A stretch of 64,000 nt of DNA from the human T2T-CHM13v2.0 reference genome, Homo sapiens (GCF_009914755.1 NC_060934.1), one strand, 5' to 3'. Positions 41,128 to 56,447 are shown, numbered from the stretch's first letter. Notes: generated by a model not told the origin, from the letters alone. Made by a program: numbers and translations.

Positions 41128-43819
41128 TAGTAGTAAAAATAACTAGAGTTTAAAATCTGGATCTATTTTGAAGGCAGAACTAACAAGATTTGCTAATGAA
41201 TTGCCTGGTGGTAGTGTAGAAGAAAGGGTTCTACACGAGGAACATAAAATCCTGAGTTATGGTCTCTCCTGCTACTACTTGGTCATTGATTTGGGGACTT
41301 ACCCCACTGTAAAATGGGGTCACCTCATCTTCTTGCTTGGAGTTAGAGAGCCAAGTCAAATGGTCTCTTTATGTGCCTTCGGTACTAAGATCTATAAATT
41401 TGATTTAGTCCATGCCTGAAAATTAGCACTCTATTACCTACTGTTTTGTATTACTCACATAGTTTCATGTAAAAATTATAGCTTCCCCACCACACTATAA
41501 AGGAGGATAATCTAACAGACCTTGTCTAATACTTCTCTATGTCATTCAGTGTTCACTTATCAACTGATTAAGAACAATCAATCCTCAAATAATAACTCTA
41601 GGTGAATAATAGTGTTGCATTCAGTTTGCTAATACACTTTGTAATTCTTCACCCCCGCCCCTTGTGGGTCTTTAAATTTAGTGCTAAAGAACAGGCCCCA
41701 GTTTCAAAGGGTGATAAAGGGAAGGGAAAGAAGGAAATTCCAATTCGATAGTTCCTATGTTGAGATGTAGATTCATTAAGAAAGGCTTAGTAAAGAAGAT
41801 GAAAGTTTGGCATTGAAGTGCAACTTTACAGGAAAGGTAAGAATCTGTAAGATGACAAAGGGAATGAAAGGCACCCCAGGGAGAAAAAATTGCATTAGCT
41901 TGGAGGAGCACAGTGTGGAAAAATAACCCACCTGGCCATATCCCTTCCTGCTCCCCTCAAAGCTTGTGAGGCTAACCTCAAATTAACAAAATTACCTACA
42001 CAGAACAGGAAATGCAAATATTGAAGTGCTCATAATGTTTGACGACATTTTTCATGTGATTCACATTAAAGCACTGGAAAAACTATACTAATTACATACA
42101 ATGTACATGAATAAAAAATTACATAAATTTTGAATTCCTTGACTTCTATAGGCCAAGTACAGAACTTTAACAGAAGTGGTTGCTGTTGGTAGTTCTTTCA
42201 TGTTACCCTTAACTTTGCTTCTTTTTATTTAGATGAAATGAAGTGGCAAGGAAGAGAAAAAGGGGAAAAAAATGACAGGAAACAGCTATCCACCTTCATA
42301 CCAAAATACGAGCAGAAAACCACAGTTATGCTGCCATCTAACAATGGTATATTCTGTTTAGGAAACTCCCTGATCCCAGAAACAGCCATGCAACTCTAGA
42401 CAATAACGAAATTACATCTTACACAAGCTCAAAACCCTCTTCCATAGCTTCTAATGACATTTGTTTATGTTTGCTTTTATGCTTTCCCATGGGTTGTTCT
42501 TCTGAAACAAGCTATGAGTTTCAAAGATGATGATGGCGGTGGTGATGGTGGGCACAGACATGTAATATAATTTATCAGGACTTCCAGTTTCAGTGCCATA
42601 AATTTGGGAGATGGGATAAGAGTGCTTGGCCAATTCTCATCAAAGAGAGGAGAAAGTGGACACTTTTCCTAAGGAGAACAAACGTCTATCAGAGTAAATG
42701 ATTCATGCAAAGCACTCAGCCCTTTCTCTAATGACAGTAGCTGGGCTCACTCTCAATTTGTCATCAAGACCTCAATCATTTCTAAGCTTCTTAAGAGGAA
42801 AAATGTAAACAGCTCTTGAAATCACACAGGTGCATTCAATTTTGTTTTGTAAACCTTTAAAAGGTGAGTGTCTCTTGCTTAATTTTTCCAGAAAAAAAAA
42901 GATAACTACTAATGATAACTCATATTGAGATCAAGTTTGAAAAGTGTTGCTTGCAAAGATCACCTAAGATGAGGAAGTGGAATATATTATCAGAAATTGG
43001 GGATGACTTTGAATATCTGCATGATTTTCCCAGATGCTATAAGGTATAATTTGCTCCTGAAATCAGCGTTCTGAGGGTGGTAAATATAAAGATGGTTCCA
43101 AAAGATCCTGGGTTCCAGTCACCTATGAGGTTGCCAGCATCTGTAATCCTAGAATGCAAGCTCCCAAATGAATAACTGTCTGTAATCTGAGGAATACAAT
43201 CAAACAGACGTGTTCACTCACAGAGTAGGCCCAAAAGTCAAACATCTACATTGAGATAATACAGCTCTCAAAGGGATCAAATGACACTAGAGACAAATGT
43301 ATCAAGTTGCTGTGGCAACTGATCCAAAGTGTGGTCCAGCTGTTACCAGTCTGTTTTCCCAGCATCAGAGGCTACTCACTCAAGGCAAACCATAAAAATA
43401 CCTCTTTGCTCATAAAAAAAGACATTCCCTGTCTCATACGCCAGATTGTTCATCTCCTCAGGCCATGGTCTGCCTTTCCCCATTTGCTCTTGTCTTCTGC
43501 TCATCAGAGCAGAATTTTAGGAGAATCCTGCCAACAATTACCCTTGGGTTCCCTAATTCAACAGAAAGGCAGATTACCTCAAGAGAGCAGGGGAGCATGT
43601 GACTCATCCACCCACAGCCACACACAAACTCAATTATCATCTTCCCATCCTTCTTCTTTGGACCAGGTGTTTATACTCAGCCTGTCTGTCTGGGTAAATG
43701 CTTTCAAAGTGCATTCAAGTGGGAGCTGACTGATTTCTTGTATTTTTTTTTTCTGTAACACAGATTATGAAATATACCTATTAAAAAGAAGTAGTGAGGG
43801 AAGGTGCAGGGGAAAAAGC

Positions 43820-44215
43820 ATGAACTCCACTCCATAAATAGACCTCAGTTAAATCCTGGACCACCATTTACTACCTGTGAGTACTTAGACAAGTTATCCT
43901 CTCTCTCTAAAGCATACTTACCCCATGGAGGAAGATGGTGTTAATGATATTTGTCTTGCTAGAGAAGTACTTCTCAACTTCATGTACATATGAAACACCT
44001 GGGAAATCTTATTAAAATACAGATTTCTACTCAGTAGGTCCAGGTTGGGGCTCAAGAGTCCCCCTTTTTAGAAACTCCCAGGTCATGCGGATGCTGTTGG
44101 TCTGGACCACACTTTAATACCAAGGTAGGAAGTTCTTTCAAGGATTTAACTTTATATAAAGAAGCTACAACAATATTTGGCACATGGAAGGCTTTCAATT
44201 AATGTTATTTCTTAC
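43820..44215 (+). mobile_element. MIR interrupted by MER5A (about 43960-44122)
   Basis: MIR core at 43820-43950 and tail at about 44140-44215. MER5A shows cttctcaact...tactcagtaggtc..gggg...gaccacacttt. Confidence 0.6.
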
Positions 44216-44671
44216 CTTTTATTTTCATCATCCTCACTCCCATACAGTATACTACACAAAACACTAATGTGCATGCAAGAACTTCTATTTCTCTGAGGAT
44301 ATGCATTTTGAGACAGCAAAATAGAATTCCAATTACATAAAATCTCCCCACTCTTTTATTCTAAAATGAAGAGAGAAATGGAAAAGAAAGATGGCTAGAT
44401 TGGTTGGGAATAATGGAAAGTCCTCCCTAGAAAGTGGCTGTGCTTTTGACGGTAGCAGCCTTCCAGATAAAAAGCACTGAGAACTTGATAAAAGCAACTG
44501 AAGACATGAGAACAGTAATCACATCTTCCATTTAGCTTTTGGAAAATTCTTAATATAACATAGTTTACACCATTGGCATGGCTCTTGCCAAGGAAGAAAA
44601 TAATTCAGAAATAATAAATGTTTTCATCTCAAGATTGTGTATAAAAGTCAAAAATATATAGAGAAGAAAAT

Positions 44672-45169
<498 letters not shown>

Positions 45170-45461
45170 TTATGACACCTAAAAACCTCTCTCACCTTGA
45201 AGCCTTCTATCTAGCTGCTCCCTCTGCCTGGAACATACTTCCCTAAGGTGTCTGCTTAGCTACCTCCCTCACTTCTTTTACATCTGTGTTCAGATCTCAC
45301 CTTCTAAAAGATCACTCTATTTTACAAATGTAAAAGCTGAAATTCAGTGCAATAAATGACTTGTCCAAGATAAATATGTATTGGAGCCAGAATTCAAAAC
45401 CAGATAGTCTGACTCCAGACTAGTGCAATACTTGTGTAACAGATGAATAAAGAAAGCAAGG

Positions 45462-45575
45462 GGCTGGACACAGTGGCTCACACCTGTAATCCCAGCACAG
45501 GAGGGAGGCCAAGGCGGGAAGACTGCTTGAACCCAGCAGTTTGAGACCAGCCTAAGCAACACAGTGAGATCCCTG

Positions 45576-45621
<46 letters not shown>

Positions 45622-46092
45622 AACCAGCCATGGTGGCACACACCTGTCATCCCAGCTACTTGGGAGGCTGAGGTGGGAGGATAACTTAAGCCCAGGAGGT
45701 TGGAGCTACAGTGAACTATGATTATGCTACTGCCACTACACTCCCGCATGGGTGACAGCATAAGACCCCTATCTAAGAAAGAAAGTGAGACAGAAAAAAG
45801 AAAGAGAGGGTTGTCCTGTAATTCTAGAACTTTGCTGAGGTGGGAGGATTGCGTGAGCCCAGGAGTTTGAGAACAGCCTGGGAAATTTTTTTGTAGAGAT
45901 ATCAAGACCCATCTCTACAAACATTTTTTAAAAAATTAGCTGGTGCAGTGGTGCACAACTGTAGTTCCAGCTACTTTAGAGGCTGAGGGGGGAGGTTTGC
46001 TTGAGCCCAGGAGATAGAGGCTGCAGTGAGCTTTGATTGTGCCACTGCCTGGGTGACAGAGTAAAACGCTGCCTCAAAGAAAAAAAAAAAAG
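45462..46092 (+). mobile_element. Two tandem AluJ elements (45462-45783; about 45808-46092)
   Basis: Diverged J-type dimers. The first has (AC)20 in its linker. Confidence 0.85.
45579..45618. repeat. (AC)20 microsatellite
   Basis: Perfect dinucleotide run replacing the Alu middle A-rich linker. Confidence 0.97.
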
Positions 46093-47199
46093 GAAGTGAG
46101 GGCTAAACCCTTTGAAGGGTAGATTGGGGATTTCATGCCTAGTAAGTCTTTAACAATAGCCCTTTTAACATCCATACATTTAACACATGCCCCGATATAA
46201 TGTATGCGATGTGCTTGGGAAGCGTTAATGAGTGGCCGGTGTTATTAACTATGTGCAAGGTCCTAAACCAGTTTCTCAAACTTTCCCTCCTTAGGCAGGG
46301 AGATACCTGTGAACAGAGCTGGAGTTTGCTCAGACTGTTGTTCAGAGTTTTAAATACTGTATAGCCCTCCAGCCTTACTCTTCAAGTAAAATCCAGAAAG
46401 ATGCAACTTTGTTTATCCCATGGCTTTGAATACTTGCTGGACCTACATCTAGGTCTCCATGAAATACTGTTCCCTTTTGGAGAGTACAGCCCCAGGCCCT
46501 TCTAGAAAGAATCATTACAATTTCTTAAGGCCACTACCTTAGTCAGTGAGCCAGAAGAAATCAATTAGCTCATGAGGCAGGATCTTTCTCCTTTGGCTAA
46601 CTGATGACCTGCAGTGAACTAACTGGGCAAGAATCTGGAGAAAGAAAAGGAGGTAAAAGGACTGAGATATTTGGCAGGGAGTGTAGAGGAGAGGATTCAT
46701 GTAGAACACTGTTCACTGACTAGGGGGTCACTATGAGGGGACCCCTAGAGATCTAGGCCATGAGACTCTACATTTAGATATAGAGCTTAGGTCCAAGGGA
46801 GTTAGACAGAGAGTATAAAGTTCACTTTTTTGCTCTCCTGACTGTGTTTTGGATTTTATTGTGCGTGCATAGTATTCTCTTTCTTAAAACAAATCACTCT
46901 TTTTGCTTCTTTAACCTGCTTTTAGAAAGTTGTCTTTTTCTTTCTGTTCCATTTTCTCTCTTTTTTTTTTTCAGCTAAGTTCCATATGTCATTAATGGTT
47001 CCCTTTCCTCCCTTTCCCTTTTAAATCATCTGCAGCAGATATTTGTCTAGTCATAGTTCTGTCTGGGGCCCATGAGAATTTTCTCCCTATGGAGTCCTTA
47101 CTTCCTCCACCAGGAGCACCTCTCCCTTTCTACCATCTCTTTCAGAAGAAAGAAAATAAGCTATACTTGTAGAAGTGGTCACTAGAGGGAGAAACTCCT

Positions 47200-47330
47200 T
47201 GCTAACTAAGCTTCCTGGGGTGAGGGATTTTGTTTCTTTCTATTCCCTTGTCTATTCATAACATCTATCACAGTGCCTGCACATAGTAGGTGCTCAGTAA
47301 CTATCTTTTGAATGAATTAATAAATAAAAT
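47200..47330 (+). mobile_element. L2 3' end
   Basis: cacagtgcctgcacatagtaggtgctcagtaactatcttttgaatgaat. Confidence 0.75.
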
Positions 47331-47519
47331 GTAACAGGGTTACCCCACAGAACCATCTAGTTTCCTCCTTTGGCTGAAATGGCCATAGGCAAAAGCCTTG
47401 CAATATCTGTAGAATGTATAAAAATGCTCAGAAATATGGGCTAAACATCTGTATATTCTACAGTGAGACACTTTCATAAATAGAGACAAATTGTGAGGGA
47501 TCTAGAAAAAAAGAAGGAA

Positions 47520-47740
47520 ACTCACATTTTATGAGGGCTCAATGTATTGTATGTACTGAGCCAAACGCTTTTCATATGTTACCTTATTTAGTCTTCATGA
47601 TAGTTTTGTGAAATGGACATTAACCCCACTTAACAGATGGGGAAACTGAGCTCTGAAGGATTTATTTTTTTCTCAAGGCCACAAATCTACTAAAGGTCAG
47701 AGGGATTCTGACCAGGCCTATTTGACTTGAAAGACCTTGT
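47520..47740 (-). mobile_element. MIR
   Basis: cccacttaacagatggggaaactgagctc...caaggccaca. Confidence 0.7.
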
Positions 47741-48404
47741 TGTTTCTACCAAACCATACTATACAAGAGATAGATAATCTATGCTAGAGACAGATAACCT
47801 CTAAAAATAGTGGTGGATTTTTGACAAAAAATTGTGATGGATTTCTTTAGCTTTTCTTTTTAAGCAGAATTTTTGCTTAACAAGTCATTCTAATGTCCCA
47901 TTACCCTTGGAAATATTCATGAATTTCCAATAGATGCTATTATTAGAGTCATTTTGCTCACATTTACTTATATTGTGGGATAATTCATAGCTGCTCTTTC
48001 AATGACTTTTGAAAGTGTTCATTTTTAGGCTTTAAACATAGCTAAAAATCTGAATTATCAAATCGATCTCTTTAAGCCTACAGCTGCAGTATACCCACCA
48101 TATTTTGTTTTTCTGCAACAGCAGAAGTGAAGAATGATGAATGTAAGTGTGGACTAAGACCAAAGAGAGAAAAAGTGCTGACTTTTATATAAGAGAAAAA
48201 TGTATTGAAAATTAGATGACTTGAAACTATGACTTTCAGTATAAAGGGCAGGAATTTTCTAAAGGCCAATTCCCAGGACAATTTTTCTTACATTTTTCCC
48301 CCATCCACATGTCAGAGAAGAAGCTACTGAAGAAAGTTTAATGCCAAAAAATGTGATGATGGATGTATTCTGAGAAATCAGATCCAGGCAGCCATCTTCT
48401 ATGG

Positions 48405-48555
48405 TACTGGTGCTCAAGCTTTAATGCACATCAGAATCACCTGGAGGGTGATTAAAATAGACTGCAGGGTCCCATTCCCGAAGTTTATGGGGCCTGAAAA
48501 TCTGCATTTCTCACAGGTTCTCAGGTGATGCTGATCTAGAAACTACACTTAGAGT
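48405..48555. mobile_element. MER5A
   Basis: tggtgctcaagctttaatgcacatcagaatcacctggagg...ggggcctgaaaatctgcatttct. Confidence 0.75.
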
Positions 48556-49729
48556 GTGCTCCATGGAGTTTAAGCACCCAGGGGTTATTGTGCTGAGTCA
48601 GGTGGCTCCAGGGCAGTAGTAGTTCAGACTCACCTAATGAACTTCTTAAAAATACTGATGTCTGGATCACACAGCCAGAAATTTTGTTTTGTTTTTTACT
48701 TCTTTTGGTCTCTGGTGGAGGTTCTTAAAAATTTTTTTGGTCTCTGGTGGGAGCTAGGCACTGGGAACATCTGAGTTTGGCTAACTCGATAAATATTAAA
48801 AATTAATTTCATATTTTTTGGAGATAAAATTGTAATTTGCCTTATTAAAAATAATCCTAGAGAGAGAAAAAAATGCAGAAAGTAGGATTTCAGGTTAAAA
48901 TGGTGGTTTAAGTACAGGCATTTACTAAAGCTGTCTCCCTAAACACCACCAAAACAATAGTAACAGAACCAAAACAAACAAACAAACAAAAAACCCAGGG
49001 CATTAGCTCACAAGGTCTAAAAGAATTGGGCAAGAAAAACAGCAATAAAAATGTTGGTATTAGAAAACAGAAGGAAGAGTGGTAACTATCTTAGCTGACC
49101 AGAGAAAGTTGAATTATATACCTGTGGTGAGGGAAGTCTAAAAGTTGCTGATTCTTGTGACAGAACCCCACAAAATCTCAGGAGCTGGAAATACCATGTG
49201 TCTTTGAGAATGAGGGGATGCATGGAGTGAAACAGGAGAAATGAAAGGCAATTAGACCTGCAGATTCCCATCCTCACTCTACATCAGCAGTTCTCCAGGG
49301 AATGGTCCAGGGACTTTTGGAGGTCTCTAAGACCCCTTCAGTAGTCCTTGAGATCAAAACTATTTTCATAACAATACCAAGACATTATTTGCCTTTTTCA
49401 TTCTCACCTCTCATGAGTGCACAGCGGCATTTTCCAGAGTCCATATGACATGTGACAATGTCATTGCTCTGACAATTAATGGAATGTATGCTTGTATATC
49501 CTTGTTTTCTAGGCTTTTTTAAGGTATGGTTTTGGAGTATACGTATATATGTTTTCAAAGGTCGACTCAGTTTGCTCTCAATACTTTCTACTGTGTTTTT
49601 TTTAAAATAAGCTATTTTTATACCTGCTATAACCAGTATAAGCTCATAAACATCCAATAAGTTATTATTTTGAAGTCCTAATGTTTTTCTTGTGCCTACA
49701 TGGAAATAAGAACACTTTGTGGGATTATT

Positions 49730-50014
49730 TTAGTTTTCGTTTTCTGAGAAATAGGGTCTTGCTCTGTTGCCCAGGATGGAGTGCAGTGGTGTGATCATAG
49801 CTCACTATATAACCTCCAACTTCTGGGCTCAAGAGGTCCTCTTGCCTCAGTGTCCTGTGTAGCTAGAACTACATGCACGCCACCACACCCGGCTAATTTT
49901 TTTTTTATTGTTTTTGTAAAGATGGGCTACTCTCAAACCCCTTGACTCAAGAAATTCTCCTGCCACAGCCTCCCAAAGTGCTGGAATTACAGGCATGAGC
50001 CACTGGGCCCAGCC
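49730..50014 (-). mobile_element. AluJ in Charlie1
   Basis: Diverged J-type dimer. Confidence 0.85.
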
Positions 50015-50794
50015 ATGTTATTCTGTTTTCCAATAACATTGAAACATTTTTTGAAAACTGATTTTTAAATTTAGAAAAGCATCTTAGAGGGTAAGTTATT
50101 GTGCTGCATTGACTGGAAAAATACACACAGTAGCTCAGAGATTAAAAGAGCTTTGTACAGTTGATATTGCTGAATGCCCATTGGATGAAAAGTTATTAAA
50201 ATAAATCATACCCAGTGGCACTTCCCAACAATTCAATAACTTGTTAAATGAAATATTTAGTTGCAAACATGAAGACAAAGTTACTATCTTGTTAGTAAAA
50301 GTGTACTTTTCCTTACAAATGGATAAATCTATAGACATAGTTTTTTTTTCTTGTATCTATCCAGTATCAGCACTATCATTGATCAAGATCATTTATGTGA
50401 ATGCTTGGAAATAAATACAAGTGATGATGAAATATATAAAGTGTTAAATCATTTATTTGACTCTCATGGTTTGTATTGGAAAAACTATGTTAACATTTGG
50501 ACTGACTGTTTAAAGCAACAGTGGGTAAAACTGCAGGTACCTTAGCACAAATCAAGTCAGGAACATCAAACTGTACTGGTGGTCATTGTCACATACTTGG
50601 AATAAAACAAAAATGTCACTTTCACTTAAGAATGTCCTTGATAAAGTAATTAAAGTTAATTTTATTGAGTACACATATAAAAAAATTCTGTGTAACTAAA
50701 TGGGAAATACACATACTTTGCTCCATTAGCAAAATATGGTTGTTGTCTTGAGGAAAAGCACTTGTATGACTGAGCTGCAAACTGAATTGGTCAT

Positions 50795-51104
<310 letters not shown>

Positions 51105-51962
51105 TGAATTGGTCATTTTTTTTTTTAATGGAATAACTTTTTCACTTGAAACAATTAAAGACAAATTATTTAGAGTTAGGCTTTTGAAAGATACTTTCTC
51201 AAACATGAACAAAGTGAGCTTGTCGAGAAAAACATCTGATAAAACCTGTGGCTGATTATAAAATTTGAGCTGTTAAGTGAAAATTAAAATTTTCAAAAAT
51301 TTGTATCTGCCACCGTGAACTTGTCAGCTTTTCAAAACTTCAAGACTTCTGACTAGATAAGTGGTGATACCAGTGAATGTGATTTAAAAAAATATTTTAT
51401 AATGAAATGCATCAACATTTGGAACATCTTTATAACTCATAACTGGTTTTGTAATATTTTCCAAATGACCAATTCATGATGTTATAAAATCATGCATGGG
51501 TAAAAGGTCTATTCCAAGTACAAGACCAGTGGAATTTGATACATTACAACATGAAAAGTTCATGCACATGGTTTAATAGTCCACATTGTAACTAACTTTT
51601 AAGAAACTATCACTTGTTGAATTTTGTTATAGTATATGAGAACAGCTACAATTACCTGAAAAGGATATTCAAATACACCTCTTTTTTCCAGCTACCTCTC
51701 TCTATGAGGTCAAATTTTCTTCATATTCTTAAACCAACCAAAATGACACATTTCTACAGAATGCAAAAGATATGGGAATCCACGTGTCTTCAATTAAGTC
51801 AGATATTGAATAGATTTGTGAGAATATAAAATAATGTCACTCTTGTAACTAATTGTTCTGGTTTTGGAAAATATACTTTCCACAAGAATATTTATGTTAA
51901 AATGTAATGGGCTTATTATTTTTAAGTAAATAAATATTTTAAAATGTGTTTTAATTGTAATA

Positions 51963-52782
51963 CAGATGCTCCTTGACTTACTGTGGGGTTATGTCATAAT
52001 AAACCTATTGTAAATTCAAAATACCACGTGCATTTAATGCACCTAATCTACCTGACATAGTTTGGATGTCCCCTTCAAATCTCCTCTTGAAATGTAATAC
52101 TCAGTGTTGGAGTTGGGGCCTGGTGGGAGGTGACTGGATCATGGGGGCGGATTTCTCATGAATGGTTTAGCACCATCTCCTTGGTGCTATCCTTGTGATG
52201 GTTAGGGATTTCTCCCAAGATCTGGTTGTTGAAAAGTGTGTGGCACTCTCCCCTTCTCTGTCTCTTGTTTCTGCTGTCATCATGTGATGTGTGTGCTCCC
52301 ACTTTGCTTTCCACCATGAGTGAAAGTTCCCTGAGTCCTCCCAGAAGTGAGCTGATGCCAGCACAATGCTTGTACAACCTGCAGAACTGTTAGCCAATTA
52401 AACCTCTTTTCTTTATAAGTTACTCTGTCTCAGGTGTTTATGGCAATATAAGAACAGCCAAACACACAACCAAACATCATACCATACCTTAACCTACCTT
52501 AAATGTGCTTGTGACACCTATGTTAGCCTAGAGTTGGGCAAAATCATCTGGTAACACAATACAGAGTATTGGTTGCTTACCCTCATGATCAGGTGGCTGA
52601 CTGGCAGCTGTGGCTCACTGCCCCTTCCCACCATAGTGAGAGGATATCATACTACATATCATTAGGCCAGGAAAAGATCAAAATTTGAAATTTGAAGTAT
52701 ATTTTCTACTGAATGCATATCACTTTCACACCATGGTAAAGTCACAAAGCTGTGTCAAGCCGTTGTAAGTTGGGACCCATTT
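51963..52782 (+). mobile_element. Tigger5b/MER47-type DNA transposon in Charlie1
   Basis: TA + cagatgctccttgacttac ... gtaagttgggacccatt + TA. Confidence 0.8.
52053..52466 (+). mobile_element. MSTA/MSTB (ERVL-MaLR) solo LTR in Tigger5
   Basis: tgacatagtttggatg...gccaattaaacctcttttctttataa...aacaca, with 5-bp TSD ctacc / caacc. Confidence 0.85.
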
Positions 52783-55700
52783 ATATAGTCTATAAACATG
52801 ATCCACATAAACAAAAGTGATTTGGAGTCCTTAATATTTTTAAAGAGTGAAAAGGGTCCTGAGACAAAAAAGTTGGGAAACCACTTCCCTATGTAGTTAA
52901 CAAACTGCCTCATTTCCAAGAAAGCAGAGTGCTAGAGACTGAACTACAGTCAGGACCATCAAGCACAGTGAAGGCAGAGGGTAATCACAATGAAACCTAG
53001 AGGATTATGTGAAAGGCTATATTCTAAGCAATAAGACATCCAGCCCTTTCTCTCAGATGTCAGTATGCTAGAAGATTTATACTTCCAAAATGGTAGAATA
53101 GAGAATTCTTCTCTGGAACAACTAAATATCCCAAGAGAAAAGATGAACAGATATGGACAGTTAGGAATCCCCTAATGACCTAATCAAATCACCTTATGTA
53201 GACTGTTACTAGTTAAAAAGAAATGTCTATAAACAAAATCATCCAATCACCTTTTTATGTCTCTCTCCTAAATAAGAGTAGAGATTCAGGGACCATCAGA
53301 TATTTGAGGAAAAGGTTTAAAGTCAAAGCCAGGGAGTAAGACAAATAGGGAGAAGAGGGAAGGACATAGAGGAAATAACAGTAATTCAGGGACCATGAAA
53401 AAAAAACAAACTACCTACTGGAAAAGCAAAGAAAGCAACTGAGTGGAGAAAAGAAAAAAAGAGGAAAGAAAGAAAAAAGAAAAAATAGGAAAAGAAGATA
53501 AATAAAACTAAAATTGATATCCTCAGAGAGAAAATAGAAGGCATTGCATCCAAAAACAAGAAAACAAGCTATAAAAGGGACATTTTGAGGAATAAAAAAG
53601 AGCTTTTGGAAATTAGAATATGATAGCAACATGTAAGTTTCAACAGAAAATTTAGATGATTAAGGAGGTTTATCAGAAAAGAGAGGAAAAGTAAAGAAGA
53701 GAAAATATATAAAAATTAGAGTACTGTTTGAGGAATTCCAATATCTGACTAATAAAAATTTCAGAAGGAATGCACAAAAAAGGAAAGAATGACATTATCA
53801 AAGAAAAAATTAACATGAAAATTTCCCTAAACTGAAGGGCACTAATTTCAGATTGACAGGGTCTAACCACATACCTAGCGAACAGAATAAAAAGAGAGCC
53901 AAATAAAAGATCACTAGGAACAGGGAGAAGATCTTAAAAGTATCAAGACAGAAAAAAAGCAGGACCAAGAAAAGGATTGGAAATTTTAAAAGGTACTGGA
54001 TTTCTCAATAGTTAAAGGAAAACTAAGATGAAATGGAACAAAAGGATCAAAATCTGAGGGAAATCTATGTGCATCCAAAATATAAATCAAACTCTACTAC
54101 AGGGTCTCAACGTGTTGACCTCTCATTTATCTTTTCTCAGGAAGTTCTTGGAAGAAATGCTTCACCAAAATGAGGGAGTAAACCTCAAAAAGGGCACAAA
54201 TCCAACAAATAAGAGTCAAAAAGAATCCCCAGGATAATGGTGAAGGGCACTCCCAGGACAACAGCTGTTCAGGAAACACAGCAATCAACCCGTCCAGATG
54301 GGAACAGAAGGAGGGATGGCTCCAGGAGCAGATATCTCCAAGGAGAAGATGAAACTGATGGTTACCTGAGGTGTCTGCATATAGAAACAGGAGATTTACT
54401 ACTCTGGTACAGTTTAGGGATGAATTTAGAATAGATTAATAGGAAGCTAAGCAAATAAAAATAGAGATAGTTAATAAATAACTCCAGGGTAAACAAAAGT
54501 TGTGAAAGAAAGAAAATGTCATCATAGCATACCACATGTCCCTGCTGTGAATAATATTTACATAGTAACAAAAATGTAAACCATGAATTCTGACCAATAT
54601 TTAAGATATAAACTCTTGGAGGATGAGAAAAGTATGTAAATAAGTAAGTTTGGGTATATGAATGGTTAGGAGGTATGAGAGCTAAATTCTCATCTTCCAT
54701 AGGAGCATCAGACTGTTACTTAGAAACATGAAAGCAGATGTCAGAAGTGCCTAACACTGTGAAGGTTGCTTCTGGAGTGGGGAAATTTGGAGTGGGAAGG
54801 GAGGAGCTGGGCACTGATGATTTTAAAATTATAAACAAAAATGTATTAGAAGCTCATTACCAAAAAAAAGGAAGCTACAGAAAAGTAAAAATAAGAAAAA
54901 AGATTCCCTATACTTCCTACATCCAAGGATTAACACTCCTAACAAAATTATTTCCCATTTATGTTTGTCATATATATTTTCAAAGCAATATATTATTTCA
55001 TAATAGATAAGTATATTTGTTTAGGTGTAATAGGTTAGGTTCTTTACCCATATTTTATTAGAAAAAATTTCAAAGTGGGAAGAATTGTATAGGGAACATC
55101 ATCTATCCTCTACTAGGTTCTGCATTTAACAGTTTACTGTACTTGTTTTTCATAAATATATCAGTCTGTCTATCCTTCTATACATCCATTGATCCATTGT
55201 ATGTTTTGAGGCATTTCAAAATAAGTTGCTGACTTTGGTACACTTCATCCTGAACACGTCATCAGGCAAACCACTAATCAGAGTTTAATATCTATTTATG
55301 GTTCTTTTTCTTATGCAATTTTACATATGATGAGATACATGAATCTTAAGCATATCATTTGATAAATTTTGATTAAATGCATACTCCTGCATAACACAAA
55401 ACCCTATCAAAATGCGGGACATTGCAATCACTCCAGAAAATTCCCTCATGCCCTTTCCTTCTCAATTTGTATCCCTACCCCGACACTCACTAAAGCAATG
55501 CACTGATTTTAAAAATTTATTCCAAAACCTCACATAACTGAAATAATAGAAATGTGCTTTTTTATAAGGCTTTTTCACTCAGCATATTGAGATTCATCCA
55601 TGTTGTGGCACATATCATTAGTTTATTTCTTTATCTTGCTGAGTAGTATCCCTTTGTATGACTATACAATGATTTGTTTATCCATTCTCCTTCTGATGAA

Positions 55701-56447
55701 CACCTGGGCTTTTACAAATTTTTGCCTATTAAGAATAAAACTGCTATAAACATCTTGTAAAAGTTTTTTTTGGTGGCATATGTTTTCATTTCCTTTGGGT
55801 AAATAACTAGAAGTGGAACTGCTTTGTCATAGGACAGGCATATACTTAGTTATATAAGAAACTGCCAGATTTTCCAAAATGAACCAGATATTGCAGGATT
55901 TTAAGAATTTTAAATCTTATATCACTTTTGTAAGTTGTATTTTTCAAAGAATTTATCTACTTTGTCAAATTTGTTGGTATAAAGCTGTTCATAGTAATCC
56001 CTTGAGTATTTTTAATGTCTGTGCAATCTGTAGTAAGAATCCCTCTTTCATTCTTGATACTTGCAATTTTGTACTTTACTTCTCATTCTTTCTCTGTTTC
56101 TCTGTCTAGGGTTTTTCACATTTGTTAATCTACTCATAGAAACATTCTGGTTTTGTAAATTTTCTCTACCACTTGTCTAACTTCTGCTTTATTGATTTCT
56201 GCTTATATCTTTATTTCCTTCGTTTTACTTAGTTTGTGCTTAGTTTGTTCTTTTAATAGCTTCTTCAGATAGAAATGGAGATCATTGCTTGTAAGTGTTT
56301 CTTTTCTCACATAAGCATATTAGACTATAAATTTCTCTCCAAGTTCTGCTTTTGCTGGATTCCACAAATTTTGATATATTGTATTTTCATAATCATTTCA
56401 AAATAGTTTTCTACCTTTTCTCATGATTTCTTCTTTGATTCATAGGT

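Noticed and set aside
43307-43729. 140-aa + strand ORF in unique sequence
   Set aside because: Non-ATG start, no recognisable homology, and antisense within an intron. Its length is compatible with chance.
44216-44251. Another 36-nt in-frame pseudoexon on the - strand (gtgttttgtgtag| ... AAG|gtaaga)
   Set aside because: Poor polypyrimidine tract with a competing upstream AG, and the donor lies at a MIR tail. It mainly shows that such patterns occur by chance.
50351-50545. Domesticated hAT transposase gene (ZBED/Buster-like)
   Set aside because: Only a short remnant inside a decayed, Alu-interrupted Charlie1.
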